Positions 1-9,293 of a stretch of 64,000 nt of DNA are shown here, in pieces. The DNA is from an uncultured Bacteroidales bacterium. GTDB taxonomy: Bacteria > Bacteroidota > Bacteroidia > Bacteroidales > FEN-979. The stretch lies in the NCBI GenBank assembly GCA_903828645.1, contig CAIKNA010000338.1:1468-65467 (forward strand), written 5' to 3'. The position numbers were made by a program, and so were the translations under genes. The notes beneath the pieces were generated by a model. That model made no database searches and was not told the DNA's origin. It saw only the letters and a program-made list of their open reading frames with translations. Numbering within the stretch: the first letter of the stretch is position 1; each line of letters opens with the position of its first letter.

Positions 1-2351
1 GTTCCATCATGTTTGTAACCCTGTTTGCGGTTAAACTGCCAGTACCAGCCGGCCGAGGCCTCGGTGCCATCGCTCATGGATGTTGCCTGGTGGTCGGAGC
101 CAAGGTTGCTGGTAATCCAACACTTTGTAAGTTCACCGGGAATATTGGTAACTGTGCCATAGGTAGTAGTTTTTGTAACCGGAGCTACCGCTCCTGCAAC
201 GTGGTTGATAGTCATCGTTGAAATTCCGCAAGCCCAGCAAGCCCCGGTAGATTGATTTAATGCAGCCGAAAGTGAGTAGCCGCAGCCATTGTATGCCCAT
301 ACATAACGGGTATAAGCCGTGCCACAGGTAATACCGGTTTCGCTCTTGGTGGTGGCTGTTCCCATTTCGGTTGCCGATGCGAAATCATCGGTCGTATTCC
401 ATTTATAGCCTGTAGCATCCGATACACTATTCCAGTTCCAGACAATGGAAGTTTGGGTAGCAACATGCGCAGCAGCGACAGGAGATGCCGGCACACCAGC
501 AGGAACAGTAGCGGTAAGTATTGTCATGGCAGATTCACCGCAACTGCTGTACGCCCATGCGTACCTCGTATATGTTGTTCCGCATATGGTGCCTGTTTCG
601 GTTTTGCTCGTGGCGGCAGCCATTTCGGTTGCCGTCTCGTAATCCGCCGTTGTATTCCATTTGTAGCCGGCAGCACCGGAAACAGCCACCCAATTCCATA
701 TAATCTGACCCTGCAACATCACGGGTGAACCTGCAACGGGTGCGGCAATCGCACAAGGCGAAAAGGTCATCCACGAGCCATTGGTAAAGATACTCAGCGA
801 ACCGCTGGTACCACATGTTGTGCAATAAACCATTAAACCTTCGGCAGGGCTCGCAATTGCGTTACGCTGAACACGGGTCATGCGGGGAAGAAGAACACCA
901 TTCGTTGTGCTGGTAAATTCGGCCAATGCCGATGAAACTGGCGCGCTTGTGCCGACGCCAACTTTCCCTTCCACCAGCAAACCATTGGCAGGAGCGGAAA
1001 TGGTCCCGGAATAAGTTGACCCGATCACAACTTTACCTGCAATATCAAATTTATTTTGCGGATTTGAGGTTCCAAGACCAACTTTTCCGGAATTGTAAAA
1101 AAGACTGGTGCCATTGGCACTCCATTGGCTTGAAACTTTGTTGTTGAAACTATTCCAGTCTCCGCTGCTCAAGTATCCCGACTGGCTTGTACCCGCCTGT
1201 TTTACCTGGATGGATGCTCCGGTGCCAAGGACGGCCGCACTGCCACCAGTTAGCATCAAAACTGAGGAGCCTGATTCGGTGAGGTTGCCTTTATTTATTG
1301 TCAAATCCGTTCCTGCACCTAATACGGAACCTAAGCCGCCACTGACCGTAATATCAGTCGAAGTCAAGTTACCTTTATTGATGGTCAGACCGGCGCCGGT
1401 ACCTTTTACCGCACCTGTCCCTCCGGACACGGTAATGTCGCTCGATGTAAGGTTTCCAAAGGTCAGTGTACTTTGCTTGTTATTGAATGTGTTCCAGTCG
1501 GTATTGCTCAGATAACCTGATTGGCTGGCGCCTGATTGTTTAACTTGTACCGACACCCCGCTGCCTAAAACCGATCCCGTACCTCCTGAAATGGCAAGAA
1601 CTGAGGATGTTGCCTCGGTGAGATTTCCCTTATTAACAGTCAAAGCCATGCCGTTGCCAATAACAGCGCCATTCCCGCCGGTAATAGTCATATCCGCTGA
1701 GGTTGCATTTCCAAGGGTCAAACCATTTTGTTTGTTGTTGAAGGTATTCCAGTCGCTTGAGGTCAAATATCCGCTGGTTGCTGAATTTGCTGTATTGATT
1801 GATCCCGAAAGTTGATTACCCGATATGGATAAATTTAAGGGACCTGTCCCGTTTGCAAGCATAATCCGATTGGCGTAGGCCATGTTCCAATTTGTGATAT
1901 TTCCCGCTGTTATCCCACTTGCTGGATGAACACTGAAAATGGGGTCAGTTTCAGTAAAACTTGTCAAATAACCTGCCGTAGCATGGTTGCCCCATCCATA
2001 GGCTGCGTTCCAGTTGCCAATATTCCCGACCGTAATTCCACTGGCAGGATGAGCAGTGAAAACAGGGTCTGTTTCCGTATAGGGTTCATTAAACTGCTTC
2101 CAGATGGTGCCATTAAACCAAAACAGTGAATTTACCGTGACATTGTAAACAATAAGTCCTTCGGCAGGTGTCAGGATGGCATTCATCTGCTCAGTGGTCA
2201 TTCGGGGAGGTAAAAACCCTTTGCTGGTTGAATTAACATCAAGCATTGATGATGAGTGCGGTGCACTGTTATCGGTATTGATACCTACCTGGGCAATCGC
2301 ATTGCCACCGATGATGATCAGGGCAAATAAAAGAATAAAATACTTTTTCAT
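1..2351 (-). CDS. Secreted repeat-rich lectin-like surface protein, 3' end cut by window edge (absent from supplied ORF track)
   Basis: My own minus-strand translation from the ATG at 2349-2351 reads [52 protein letters not shown]... It stays open to position 1. With no in-window stop, the track omitted it. It contains repeated GNLT..S(V/I)QVKQ.G.SQSGYLS..DWN.FNNK units and two FN3-like I.WNW..V..A.GYKWNT...YTRY.WAY modules. It ends with the start of a Fibrobacter-succinogenes-major-paralogous-type domain (CWITSNLG...GWYWQFNRKQGY). Confidence 0.8.
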   Translation of the reverse strand, partial: MKKYFILLFALIIIGGNAIAQVGINTDNSAPHSSSMLDVNSTSKGFLPPRMTTEQMNAILTPAEGLIVYNVTVNSLFWFNGTIWKQFNEPYTETDPVFTAHPASGITVGNIGNWNAAYGWGNHATAGYLTSFTETDPIFSVHPASGITAGNITNWNMAYANRIMLANGTGPLNLSISGNQLSGSINTANSATSGYLTSSDWNTFNNKQNGLTLGNATSADMTITGGNGAVIGNGMALTVNKGNLTEATSSVLAISGGTGSVLGSGVSVQVKQSGASQSGYLSNTDWNTFNNKQSTLTFGNLTSSDITVSGGTGAVKGTGAGLTINKGNLTSTDITVSGGLGSVLGAGTDLTINKGNLTESGSSVLMLTGGSAAVLGTGASIQVKQAGTSQSGYLSSGDWNSFNNKVSSQWSANGTSLFYNSGKVGLGTSNPQNKFDIAGKVVIGSTYSGTISAPANGLLVEGKVGVGTSAPVSSALAEFTSTTNGVLLPRMTRVQRNAIASPAEGLMVYCTTCGTSGSLSIFTNGSWMTFSPCAIAAPVAGSPVMLQGQIIWNWVAVSGAAGYKWNTTADYETATEMAAATSKTETGTICGTTYTRYAWAYSSCGESAMTILTATVPAGVPASPVAAAHVATQTSIVWNWNSVSDATGYKWNTTDDFASATEMGTATTKSETGITCGTAYTRYVWAYNGCGYSLSAALNQSTGACWACGISTMTINHVAGAVAPVTKTTTYGTVTNIPGELTKCWITSNLGSDHQATSMSDGTEASAGWYWQFNRKQGYKHDG

Positions 2352-2728
2352 GGGTAATGATTTGGTTGTGTATTATTTAATTGATTTAGAGATAGGGTGT
2401 TTTCATAACATTAATCGCTCAATATCAGCCGTATAGCAAAAATATGTTAATTGTAATCAACTTTTACAACTGTTAGAAATAAGTTATGCTATTCATATTC
2501 GTTCCACATAATATATGTAAATCAATCATATCCAAATCCGGATTCATCAATGGTAACCACTGTTAAAACAGGTGAAATTGGCTGAAGGAGATGATATTTC
2601 TGAAACAATTCCAGCTGATATTGGAATTTTGGATTAATTTTAACCGTTCAATTGACAGTACAAATGGCCTCCCTAATCAGGATTTTCAATTGGTTCATGA
2701 GCCGCTAACCAAACTACCCGGATAATCT

Positions 2729-4176
2729 ATGTTTGAACAAACCTTTAAAAATATCGATGACATCCTCCACAAAGATGCTGGTTGTGGCAGTGAACTTGAC
2801 TATGTAGAGCAAACCTCCTGGATTCTGTTCCTGAAATACCTCGACGATCTGGAACGGGACCGCAAGACTTCTGCAGAGCTTTCCGGCACGACATACAGCT
2901 ATATCATAAGCCCGGAGTACAGATGGGACGTATGGGCCTCCCCGAAGAACGGCGATGGTAAGCTGGATTTTCACAAGGCACTCAAAGGCGATGACCTGAA
3001 GGATTTTGTGGATCACAAGCTGTTTCCGTACCTGAAGAAGTTCAAAGCTGAGAAAGCCGACACCATTGAATACAAGATCGGGGAGATCTTCAGCGAATTG
3101 AAAAACAGGCTGCAAAGCGGGTACAACTTGCGTGAGGTGATCAACCTTATCGATGAACTCCGCTTCCGTTCCCATGCCGAGAAGCACGAAATGTCGCACC
3201 TTTATGAGGGCAAGATTCAGAACATGGGCAACGCCGGGCGCAATGGCGGAGAATACTACACCCCCGCCCATTAATTCGCACCATCGTTAAGGTAGTGGCA
3301 CCATCCATAGGGGACAAGGTATACGACGGCGCTGTGGGCTCTGCAGGCTTCCTTTGTGAGGCATTCGAGTTCATGAAAGAGAGCAAACGCCTGACCACGA
3401 AGGACGTTGAAACCCTCCAGAAGGGAACATTCTACGGCAAGGAGAAGAAATCGCTGGCATACATCATCGGCATCATGAACATGATCCTCCACGGGATCGA
3501 AGCCCCGAACATCGTGCATACCAATACGCTGGCTGAAAACCTTGCCGACATACAGGAGAAGGATCGTTACGACATCGTGCTTGCCAATCCACCCTTCGGG
3601 GGCAAGGAACGTGCGGAGGTGCAGCAGAACTTCCCGATCAAGACGGGAGAGACGGCATTCCTGTTCCTGCAACATTTCATTAAAATCCTCAAAGCTGGCG
3701 GTAGGGCAGGGGTGGTGATCAAAAATACCTTCCTGTCAAATACTGACAATGCATCCGTTAGTCTCCGAAAGCTGTTGCTGGACAGTTGTAACCTTCACAC
3801 GGTCCTTGATCTCCCAGGCGGCACATTCACGGGGGCTGGTGTGAAGACGGTGGTGTTGTTCTTTGAGAAGGGTGCGCCCACCCGAAAGATATGGTTCTAC
3901 CAGCTCAATCTGGATCGCAATCTTGGCAAGACCAACCCGCTCAATGAAAATGACCTGGCAGATTTTGTGGCTTTGCAGAAGACCAAAGCTGATTCCCCGA
4001 ACTCATGGTCGGTTGATGTGACTGCTGTCGATACTGCTACCTATGATCTGTCAGCAAAGAATCCCAATAAAAAAGAGGAGGTGGCGCTGCGGCAGCCTAA
4101 TGAGATCATTGCGGAGATGAAAGCGCTTGATGCGGAAAGTGCGGAGATTTTATCAACATTACTGAAGATATTATGA
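2729..4176 (+). pseudogene. hsdM: Type I restriction-modification DNA methyltransferase subunit HsdM, reading frame broken by a 1-nt shift in a C5 run
   Basis: ORF 2729-3274 has an HsdM N-terminal-type domain and ends ...GGEYYTPAH*. ORF 3295-4176 has the MTase core (DGAVGSAGFL, LANPPFGG). Shifting frame after the C run at 3261-3265 reads YYTP-RPLIRTIVKVVAPSIGDKVYDGAVGSAGF without interruption, so the two ORFs are one gene. Confidence 0.85.
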
Positions 4177-5198
4177 CAAATCTAGAGAAGGAGAATCCCC
4201 CGGTAGTGTATCAACAACTGTTGAATACCATCTCAGATGTCTATGCGAGAGGTTATCGAAAAACAGTCATGGCCGTAAATTCCAACATGGTGCAAACATA
4301 TTGGGAAATCGGGCAATATATTGTTGAATTTGAACAAGGGGGAGTTTTAAAGGCGAAATATGGCAAAGCGCTTCTGGAAAATCTCTCTGAAGATCTTTCC
4401 CTTCTTCATGGCAAGGGATTTAGTTTGAGTAATTTAAAGCGAATGAGGCAGCTTTATGATTTTTATCCAATTGGTGCGGAACTTCCGCACCAATTAACAT
4501 GGACTCATCTCGTTGAGCTGATTAAGATCAACGATCCCCTGGAACGTTCGTTTTACCAGAACCAATCCATCATTGAGAACTGGAGTACCACCGATCTGAT
4601 CCGTCAGAAAAAATCTTCGCTGTTTTTGCGCCTGGCTGCATCCAAAGATAAAGAAGGAATACTGCAACTTGCGAAACAGGGTCAATTGATTCAACAGCCT
4701 GAGGATATTATCCGTGAACCTTGTGTTCTTGAATTTCTGAAAATCCCGGAGCCATATCATCTGACCGAAAGCGATCTGGAAACCCGTCTGATTGACCATC
4801 TGCAGCAATTTCTGCTCGAATTAGGCAAAGGGTTTGCCTTTATCGGCAGGCAGTATCGCATAACCCTTGGCAACCGTAATCATTATGTTGATCTTGTTTT
4901 TTACCATCGCATCCTGAAATGCTTTGTGCTGATTGATCTGAAAAAAGAGGAAGCCGGATATGCTGATGTTGGCCAGATGAACATGTATCTCGGTTATTTT
5001 GAAAGCGAAGAGAATACGGAAGGGGATAATCCGCCCGTCGGCATTGTTCTGGCGAAGGAAAAGGATGACCTGCTGGTGCAATACGCGATGCACAACCTCA
5101 CTTCGCAGCTTTTCATTAACAAATATCAATTTTACATGCCGGACAAAGAGGCATTGAGGCAATTGATAGAAAAACAGTTGATTGTGGAAGATGAATAA
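4173..5198 (+). CDS. DUF1016 / YhcG-family PDDEXK nuclease-domain protein nested in the Type I R-M operon
   Basis: 341-aa ORF. The N-terminal helical region reads YWEIGQYIVEFEQGG..KAKYGKALLENLSEDL. The C-terminal PD-(D/E)xK-like core reads YVDLVFYHRILKCFVLIDLKKEE. The start overlaps the hsdM stop (ATGA at 4173-4176). Confidence 0.75.
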   Translation: MTNLEKENPPVVYQQLLNTISDVYARGYRKTVMAVNSNMVQTYWEIGQYIVEFEQGGVLKAKYGKALLENLSEDLSLLHGKGFSLSNLKRMRQLYDFYPIGAELPHQLTWTHLVELIKINDPLERSFYQNQSIIENWSTTDLIRQKKSSLFLRLAASKDKEGILQLAKQGQLIQQPEDIIREPCVLEFLKIPEPYHLTESDLETRLIDHLQQFLLELGKGFAFIGRQYRITLGNRNHYVDLVFYHRILKCFVLIDLKKEEAGYADVGQMNMYLGYFESEENTEGDNPPVGIVLAKEKDDLLVQYAMHNLTSQLFINKYQFYMPDKEALRQLIEKQLIVEDE

Positions 5199-6366
5199 CG
5201 ATATGAAACATGGGGATGGTATGAAAAAGGGGTGGGAAGTGAAGAGACTCGGAGAGTGCTTTAAATTAAAAAGCGGTGAAGCATTGGTTAGTAATAAAAT
5301 GCAGGAAGGTGATATTCCTGTTTTCGGTGGAAATGGGATAGCTGGTTATCATAATGAATTTAACCTTCATGGTAGTAATGTTATTATCGGAAGAGTCGGG
5401 GCATTGTGTGGTAAAGTAAGACATATCACCAAAAAAATATGGCTAACAGATAATGCTTTTCATGTTGTTGATTTTAATTATTCTTTTGACCACGCCTTTC
5501 TATCCTATCTTCTGAATTTTAAAAATCTTCGCAATTATGCAAGACAGGCTGCACAACCAGTTATTTCTAATTCCTCTTTAAAAGAGGTCGATTTAGAATT
5601 TCCCTCATCCATATCCGAACAGCAGTGTATCGTAACCATCTTGAATGAAGCCTTTGCAGCAATTGCTAAAGCCAAGGAGAATGCCGAAAAGAACCTTGTC
5701 AATGCACGGGGAGTTTTTGAAGCTTATCTGCAAAGTGTATTTACGAATCCTGCAATTGGTTGGGAGAAAAAGAAATTATGCGAGGTGGCAGAAATCAAGG
5801 GTGGGGGTACTCCGTCAAAAGCTGTAGCAAAATACTGGAATGGAACGATTCCATGGGTCTCCCCTAAAGACATGAAGTGCAAAGAAATATTTGACGCTCA
5901 AGATCACATTTCAATGGACGCAATAGAAAACAGTTCAACTTCCCTTGTCAGATCGGGAGCTATCCTCATTGTAGTACGATCTGGAATTTTGGCACATACT
6001 GTTCCTCTTGCCATTACAAGGAAGGATGTAACAATTAATCAGGACATAAAGGCTCTTATACCAAAAAAAGAAGTAGCTCCAGAGTTCCTTTTCTATCATT
6101 TGTCTGCTTTACACAAAGTATTATTGTCACTGGCAAATAGGGGTGCAACTGTTCATAGACTCCCATCTGAGTTGCTTGGTACATTGAAGGTTTCAATCCC
6201 GTCATTGCAAGTGCAAAAATCTATTGTCGGCAAAATTGACAACTTTTTTTCTGAAACACAGAATCTGGAAGCCATTTACAAGCAAAAACTCGCTGATCTG
6301 GACGAACTGAAGAAATCAATCCTTGAGAAAGTATTCACAGGAGAATTGAAAACCGAAAAAGTATAA
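5191..6366 (+). CDS. hsdS: Type I restriction-modification specificity subunit HsdS (two target-recognition domains)
   Basis: ORF 5182-6366. It has two TRD halves, each starting W..(K)(R/K)L(G/C)E (WEVKRLGECF; WEKKKLCEVAEIKGGGTPSK). Conserved helical spacers follow (EQQCIVTILNEAF..., VQKSIVGKIDNFFSETQNLE...LKKSILEKVF). I prefer the ATG at 5191 (ATGAATAA overlap with the upstream stop) over the TTG at 5182; ATGs at 5203 and 5221 are also possible. Confidence 0.85.
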   Translation: MNNDMKHGDGMKKGWEVKRLGECFKLKSGEALVSNKMQEGDIPVFGGNGIAGYHNEFNLHGSNVIIGRVGALCGKVRHITKKIWLTDNAFHVVDFNYSFDHAFLSYLLNFKNLRNYARQAAQPVISNSSLKEVDLEFPSSISEQQCIVTILNEAFAAIAKAKENAEKNLVNARGVFEAYLQSVFTNPAIGWEKKKLCEVAEIKGGGTPSKAVAKYWNGTIPWVSPKDMKCKEIFDAQDHISMDAIENSSTSLVRSGAILIVVRSGILAHTVPLAITRKDVTINQDIKALIPKKEVAPEFLFYHLSALHKVLLSLANRGATVHRLPSELLGTLKVSIPSLQVQKSIVGKIDNFFSETQNLEAIYKQKLADLDELKKSILEKVFTGELKTEKV

Positions 6367-6370
6367 ACCA

Positions 6371-6628
6371 ATGAGCGAAAATCGAAACATAGAATACAAA
6401 TCGATACGGTTTCTCAAAGGCAAGAATACTAACTGGGACGAGCTGGCAAAAGACTGCGTATGTTTTGCAAACGGTCAGGGCGGGTATATTTACATCGGGA
6501 TTGAAGATGGTGCCTCAGAAATTAAAAGGCTTTTACGGGAACTGGTCACTAAAGGGTTGCTATCAACTCAGGGTGAGCGGAAGTGGATGAAATATTCTAT
6601 AAAGCAAAACAAATCAGAAAACGTATAA
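6371..6628 (+). CDS. 85-aa relic or mini-protein: AlbA_2 (Schlafen-like DNA-binding) N-terminus joined directly to a C-terminal winged-helix tail
   Basis: NIEYKS...LAKDCVCFANGQGGYIYIGIEDG is the typical start of the roughly 400-aa AlbA_2/ATPase/HTH proteins common in defence loci. IKRLLRELVTKGLLSTQGERKWMKYSI looks like their C-terminal wHTH. The middle part is missing. Confidence 0.5.
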   Translation: MSENRNIEYKSIRFLKGKNTNWDELAKDCVCFANGQGGYIYIGIEDGASEIKRLLRELVTKGLLSTQGERKWMKYSIKQNKSENV

Positions 6629-6692
6629 AGAATTTATAAAACAGGTATATAGATTTAACCAAACCATTGACTTTAAGTATTATATATAAATC

Positions 6693-8987
6693 ATGAACGA
6701 AGCCGAAACCCGTGCAGAACTGATCGATCCGCAGCTTAAACAAAGCGGCTGGGGTGTGGTTGAGGGTTCACGCATCCTGCGGGAGCATCATATCACGGCT
6801 GGTAAAATTCAGACGGGCGGAGGTCATGGCAAGCCTTTGATCGCAGATTATGTGCTGGTGTATCAGGGGCGCAAACTGGCGGCCATTGAAGCCAAGAGTA
6901 ACGAGTTGGGCGTTGGCGAAGGTGTGGCTCAGGCAAAGAACTACGCTGAGAAGTTGAATCTGGAGACCACCTTTGCCGCCAACGGGAGAGAAATCTACCA
7001 GATATGCATGACCACTGGCAAGGAAGGCATCATCCCCAGCTTTCCAACTCCAGATCAACTATGGAACAAAACCTTTGAAGCACAGAACCTCTGGCGGGAT
7101 AAATTCAGCCAGATTCCCTTTGAGGATATTGGCGGAACGAAAGATGTCCGGTTTTATCAGGAGATCGCAGTCAACAACGTCATGGCAGCCATAGCCGAAG
7201 AGAAGCAGCGCATCCTGTTAACCCTTGCAACGGGTACTGGCAAGACCTTCATCGCATTCCAGATCGCATGGAAGCTGTTCCAGTCCCGATGGAATCTCAG
7301 CAGGGACGGATCACGGAGACCACAGATATTATTTCTGGCTGATCGGAACATCCTCGCTGATCAGGCGTTCAATGCATTCTCAGCATTCCCGGAGGATGCC
7401 CTTGTCCGCATCAGCCCGAGGGAGATCAGCAGGAAAGGCGGAGTGCCTACCAACGGCAGTATCTTCTTTACCATCTTCCAGACCTTCATGTGCGGACCAG
7501 AGAACACCCCGTACTTTGGGGAGTACCCGCCAGACTTCTTCGATTTCATCATCATTGACGAGTGTCACCGTGGCGGGGCTAACGATGAGAGCAACTGGCG
7601 GGCGATCATGGAATACTTTTCTCCAGCTATCCAGATGGGACTGACAGCCACACCCAAACGCAAAGACAACGTCGACACCTACCGATACTTCGGTGATCCC
7701 GTATACATATACTCCCTGAAGGAGGGGATAAACGACGGATTCCTCACCCCCTTCAAGGTAAAGCGCATCAAGACCACGCTGGATGATTACCTGTACACCT
7801 CAGACGATGATGTTATAGAGGGCATGGTAGAAGAGGGAAAACTCTATCAGGAGCCGGACTTCAACAGGATCATCGAAATCAAGGCACGAGAAGCCAAGCG
7901 GGTTGAGATTTTCATGAATGAGACCAACCAGAGCGAGAAAGCCATTGTGTTCTGCGCCACGCAGGATCATGCCGCAGCGGTGAGGGATCTGGTCAACCAG
8001 ATCAAGAAAAGCAAGGAGCCGAACTACTGCGTCAGGGTTACCGCCAATGATGGGGCGCTGGGGGAACAGTGCCTTCGGGAATTTCAGGACAATGAGAAAT
8101 CCATCCCCACCATCCTTACAACGTCGCAGAAGCTTTCAACAGGGGTTGATGCACGTAATATCAGATCGATCATCCTGATGCGTCCGATCAACAGCATGAT
8201 TGAATTTAAGCAGATTATCGGGAGAGGGACAAGGTTGTTTGACGGGAAGGAATACTTCACTATTTATGACTTTGTGGATGCCTATCATCACTTTGCCGAT
8301 CCTGAGTGGGATGGGGAGCCGATAAATCCTGAACCCACAGAAAGAACTACCGGACCAAAACCTCCCGGAGAACCTCGGCCACAGCCGCCAGAGCCAAATA
8401 AAAAGATCAAGATCAAGTTACGGGATGGCAAGGAACGGGAGATCCAGCACATGGTGTCCACATCCTATTGGAGTTCGGATGGCAAGCCCATTTCAGCGGA
8501 GGAGTTCCTGCAGAACCTTTATGGGGTGCTGCCTGAGTTCTTTAAGAATGAAGAGGAGTTACGGGCGATATGGTCTGACCCCATTACCCGCAAAGCATTC
8601 CTTGACAAGATAGCGGGGATAGGGTTCGGCAAAGAAGAGCTGTCAGCCATGCAGCGCATGATTGAGGCGGAGGATTGCGACCTGTTCGATGTGCTGGAGT
8701 ACGTATCCTTTGCCAGACCCAAGATCACACGGCTGAATCGTGTGGTCAAGGCAAAGGAGACAATTTTCATGGGGCTGGATGACAGACACAAGGAGTTTCT
8801 GGATTTTGTGTTGTCAAAGTACATTGAATCAGGGGTTGACCAGCTGGACCAGGAGAAGCTATCGAGTTTGCTCATGTTGAAATACAATACCATACAGGAT
8901 GCCATGGAACATTTGGGAGACGTGGAGATGATCAGGTCAACCTTCCTGTCGTTCCAGAAGCATTTGTATGCGGTGGGAGCTGCTTGA
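6693..8987 (+). CDS. hsdR: Type I restriction enzyme R subunit HsdR (PD-(D/E)xK nuclease + SF2 helicase/translocase + EcoEI-R-type C-terminal domain)
   Basis: 764-aa ORF. The N-terminus reads NEAETRAELIDPQL...ADYVL...IEAKS. Helicase motifs are TGTGKT and IIIDECHRGG, followed by MGLTATP. A Pro-rich linker precedes a C-terminal region resembling the EcoEI R C-terminal domain. Confidence 0.9.
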   Translation: MNEAETRAELIDPQLKQSGWGVVEGSRILREHHITAGKIQTGGGHGKPLIADYVLVYQGRKLAAIEAKSNELGVGEGVAQAKNYAEKLNLETTFAANGREIYQICMTTGKEGIIPSFPTPDQLWNKTFEAQNLWRDKFSQIPFEDIGGTKDVRFYQEIAVNNVMAAIAEEKQRILLTLATGTGKTFIAFQIAWKLFQSRWNLSRDGSRRPQILFLADRNILADQAFNAFSAFPEDALVRISPREISRKGGVPTNGSIFFTIFQTFMCGPENTPYFGEYPPDFFDFIIIDECHRGGANDESNWRAIMEYFSPAIQMGLTATPKRKDNVDTYRYFGDPVYIYSLKEGINDGFLTPFKVKRIKTTLDDYLYTSDDDVIEGMVEEGKLYQEPDFNRIIEIKAREAKRVEIFMNETNQSEKAIVFCATQDHAAAVRDLVNQIKKSKEPNYCVRVTANDGALGEQCLREFQDNEKSIPTILTTSQKLSTGVDARNIRSIILMRPINSMIEFKQIIGRGTRLFDGKEYFTIYDFVDAYHHFADPEWDGEPINPEPTERTTGPKPPGEPRPQPPEPNKKIKIKLRDGKEREIQHMVSTSYWSSDGKPISAEEFLQNLYGVLPEFFKNEEELRAIWSDPITRKAFLDKIAGIGFGKEELSAMQRMIEAEDCDLFDVLEYVSFARPKITRLNRVVKAKETIFMGLDDRHKEFLDFVLSKYIESGVDQLDQEKLSSLLMLKYNTIQDAMEHLGDVEMIRSTFLSFQKHLYAVGAA

Positions 8988-9089
8988 TGGTTTGTTGCTT
9001 ACTCCATATGATGAATGAACTAAATTGCATCAAACCAGGTTGCAATTGTAACGCCGCTTTTTTCAGAAACCCTTTAATGTAAACGAAAA

Positions 9090-9285
9090 GTATGGTCCAT
9101 GATACTGAAGTAACATCGATGAATTATTCTGAAATTGATCGTTTACACTTATTCGGGAGTCTTAAAGTCTGAAGATTACTACAAAGATCAAAGATTCTTT
9201 TGCTTTACGTGAAATATCTGTTCTGGATCATATAATTGTAGCAAAGGATGCTTATTTTTCCTTCGCAGATGAAGGAACCATGTAA
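9090..9285 (+). pseudogene. radC: RadC (JAB/MPN) C-terminal relic, frameshifted and with a degenerate active-site motif
   Basis: Frame at 9166-9285 reads SLKITTKIKDSFALREISVLDHIIVAKDAYFSFADEGTM*, a typical RadC C-terminus. Upstream in another frame, LIVYTYSGVLKSED sits where ..HNHPSG..PSE.D is expected. There is no start codon and no N-terminal part. Confidence 0.6.
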
Positions 9286-9293
9286 TATTTTTC

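Noticed and set aside
445-2436. The many 60-135-aa ORFs listed by the track in the first 2.4 kb
   Set aside because: All overlap the 783-codon minus-strand ORF (1-2351), which has a signal peptide and repeated domain structure. They are frame shadows of a repeat-rich gene.
5191-6366. hsdS shufflon / phase-variable specificity system
   Set aside because: There is only one hsdS, with no inverted partial hsdS copies and no adjacent recombinase. The two TRDs are unrelated in sequence.
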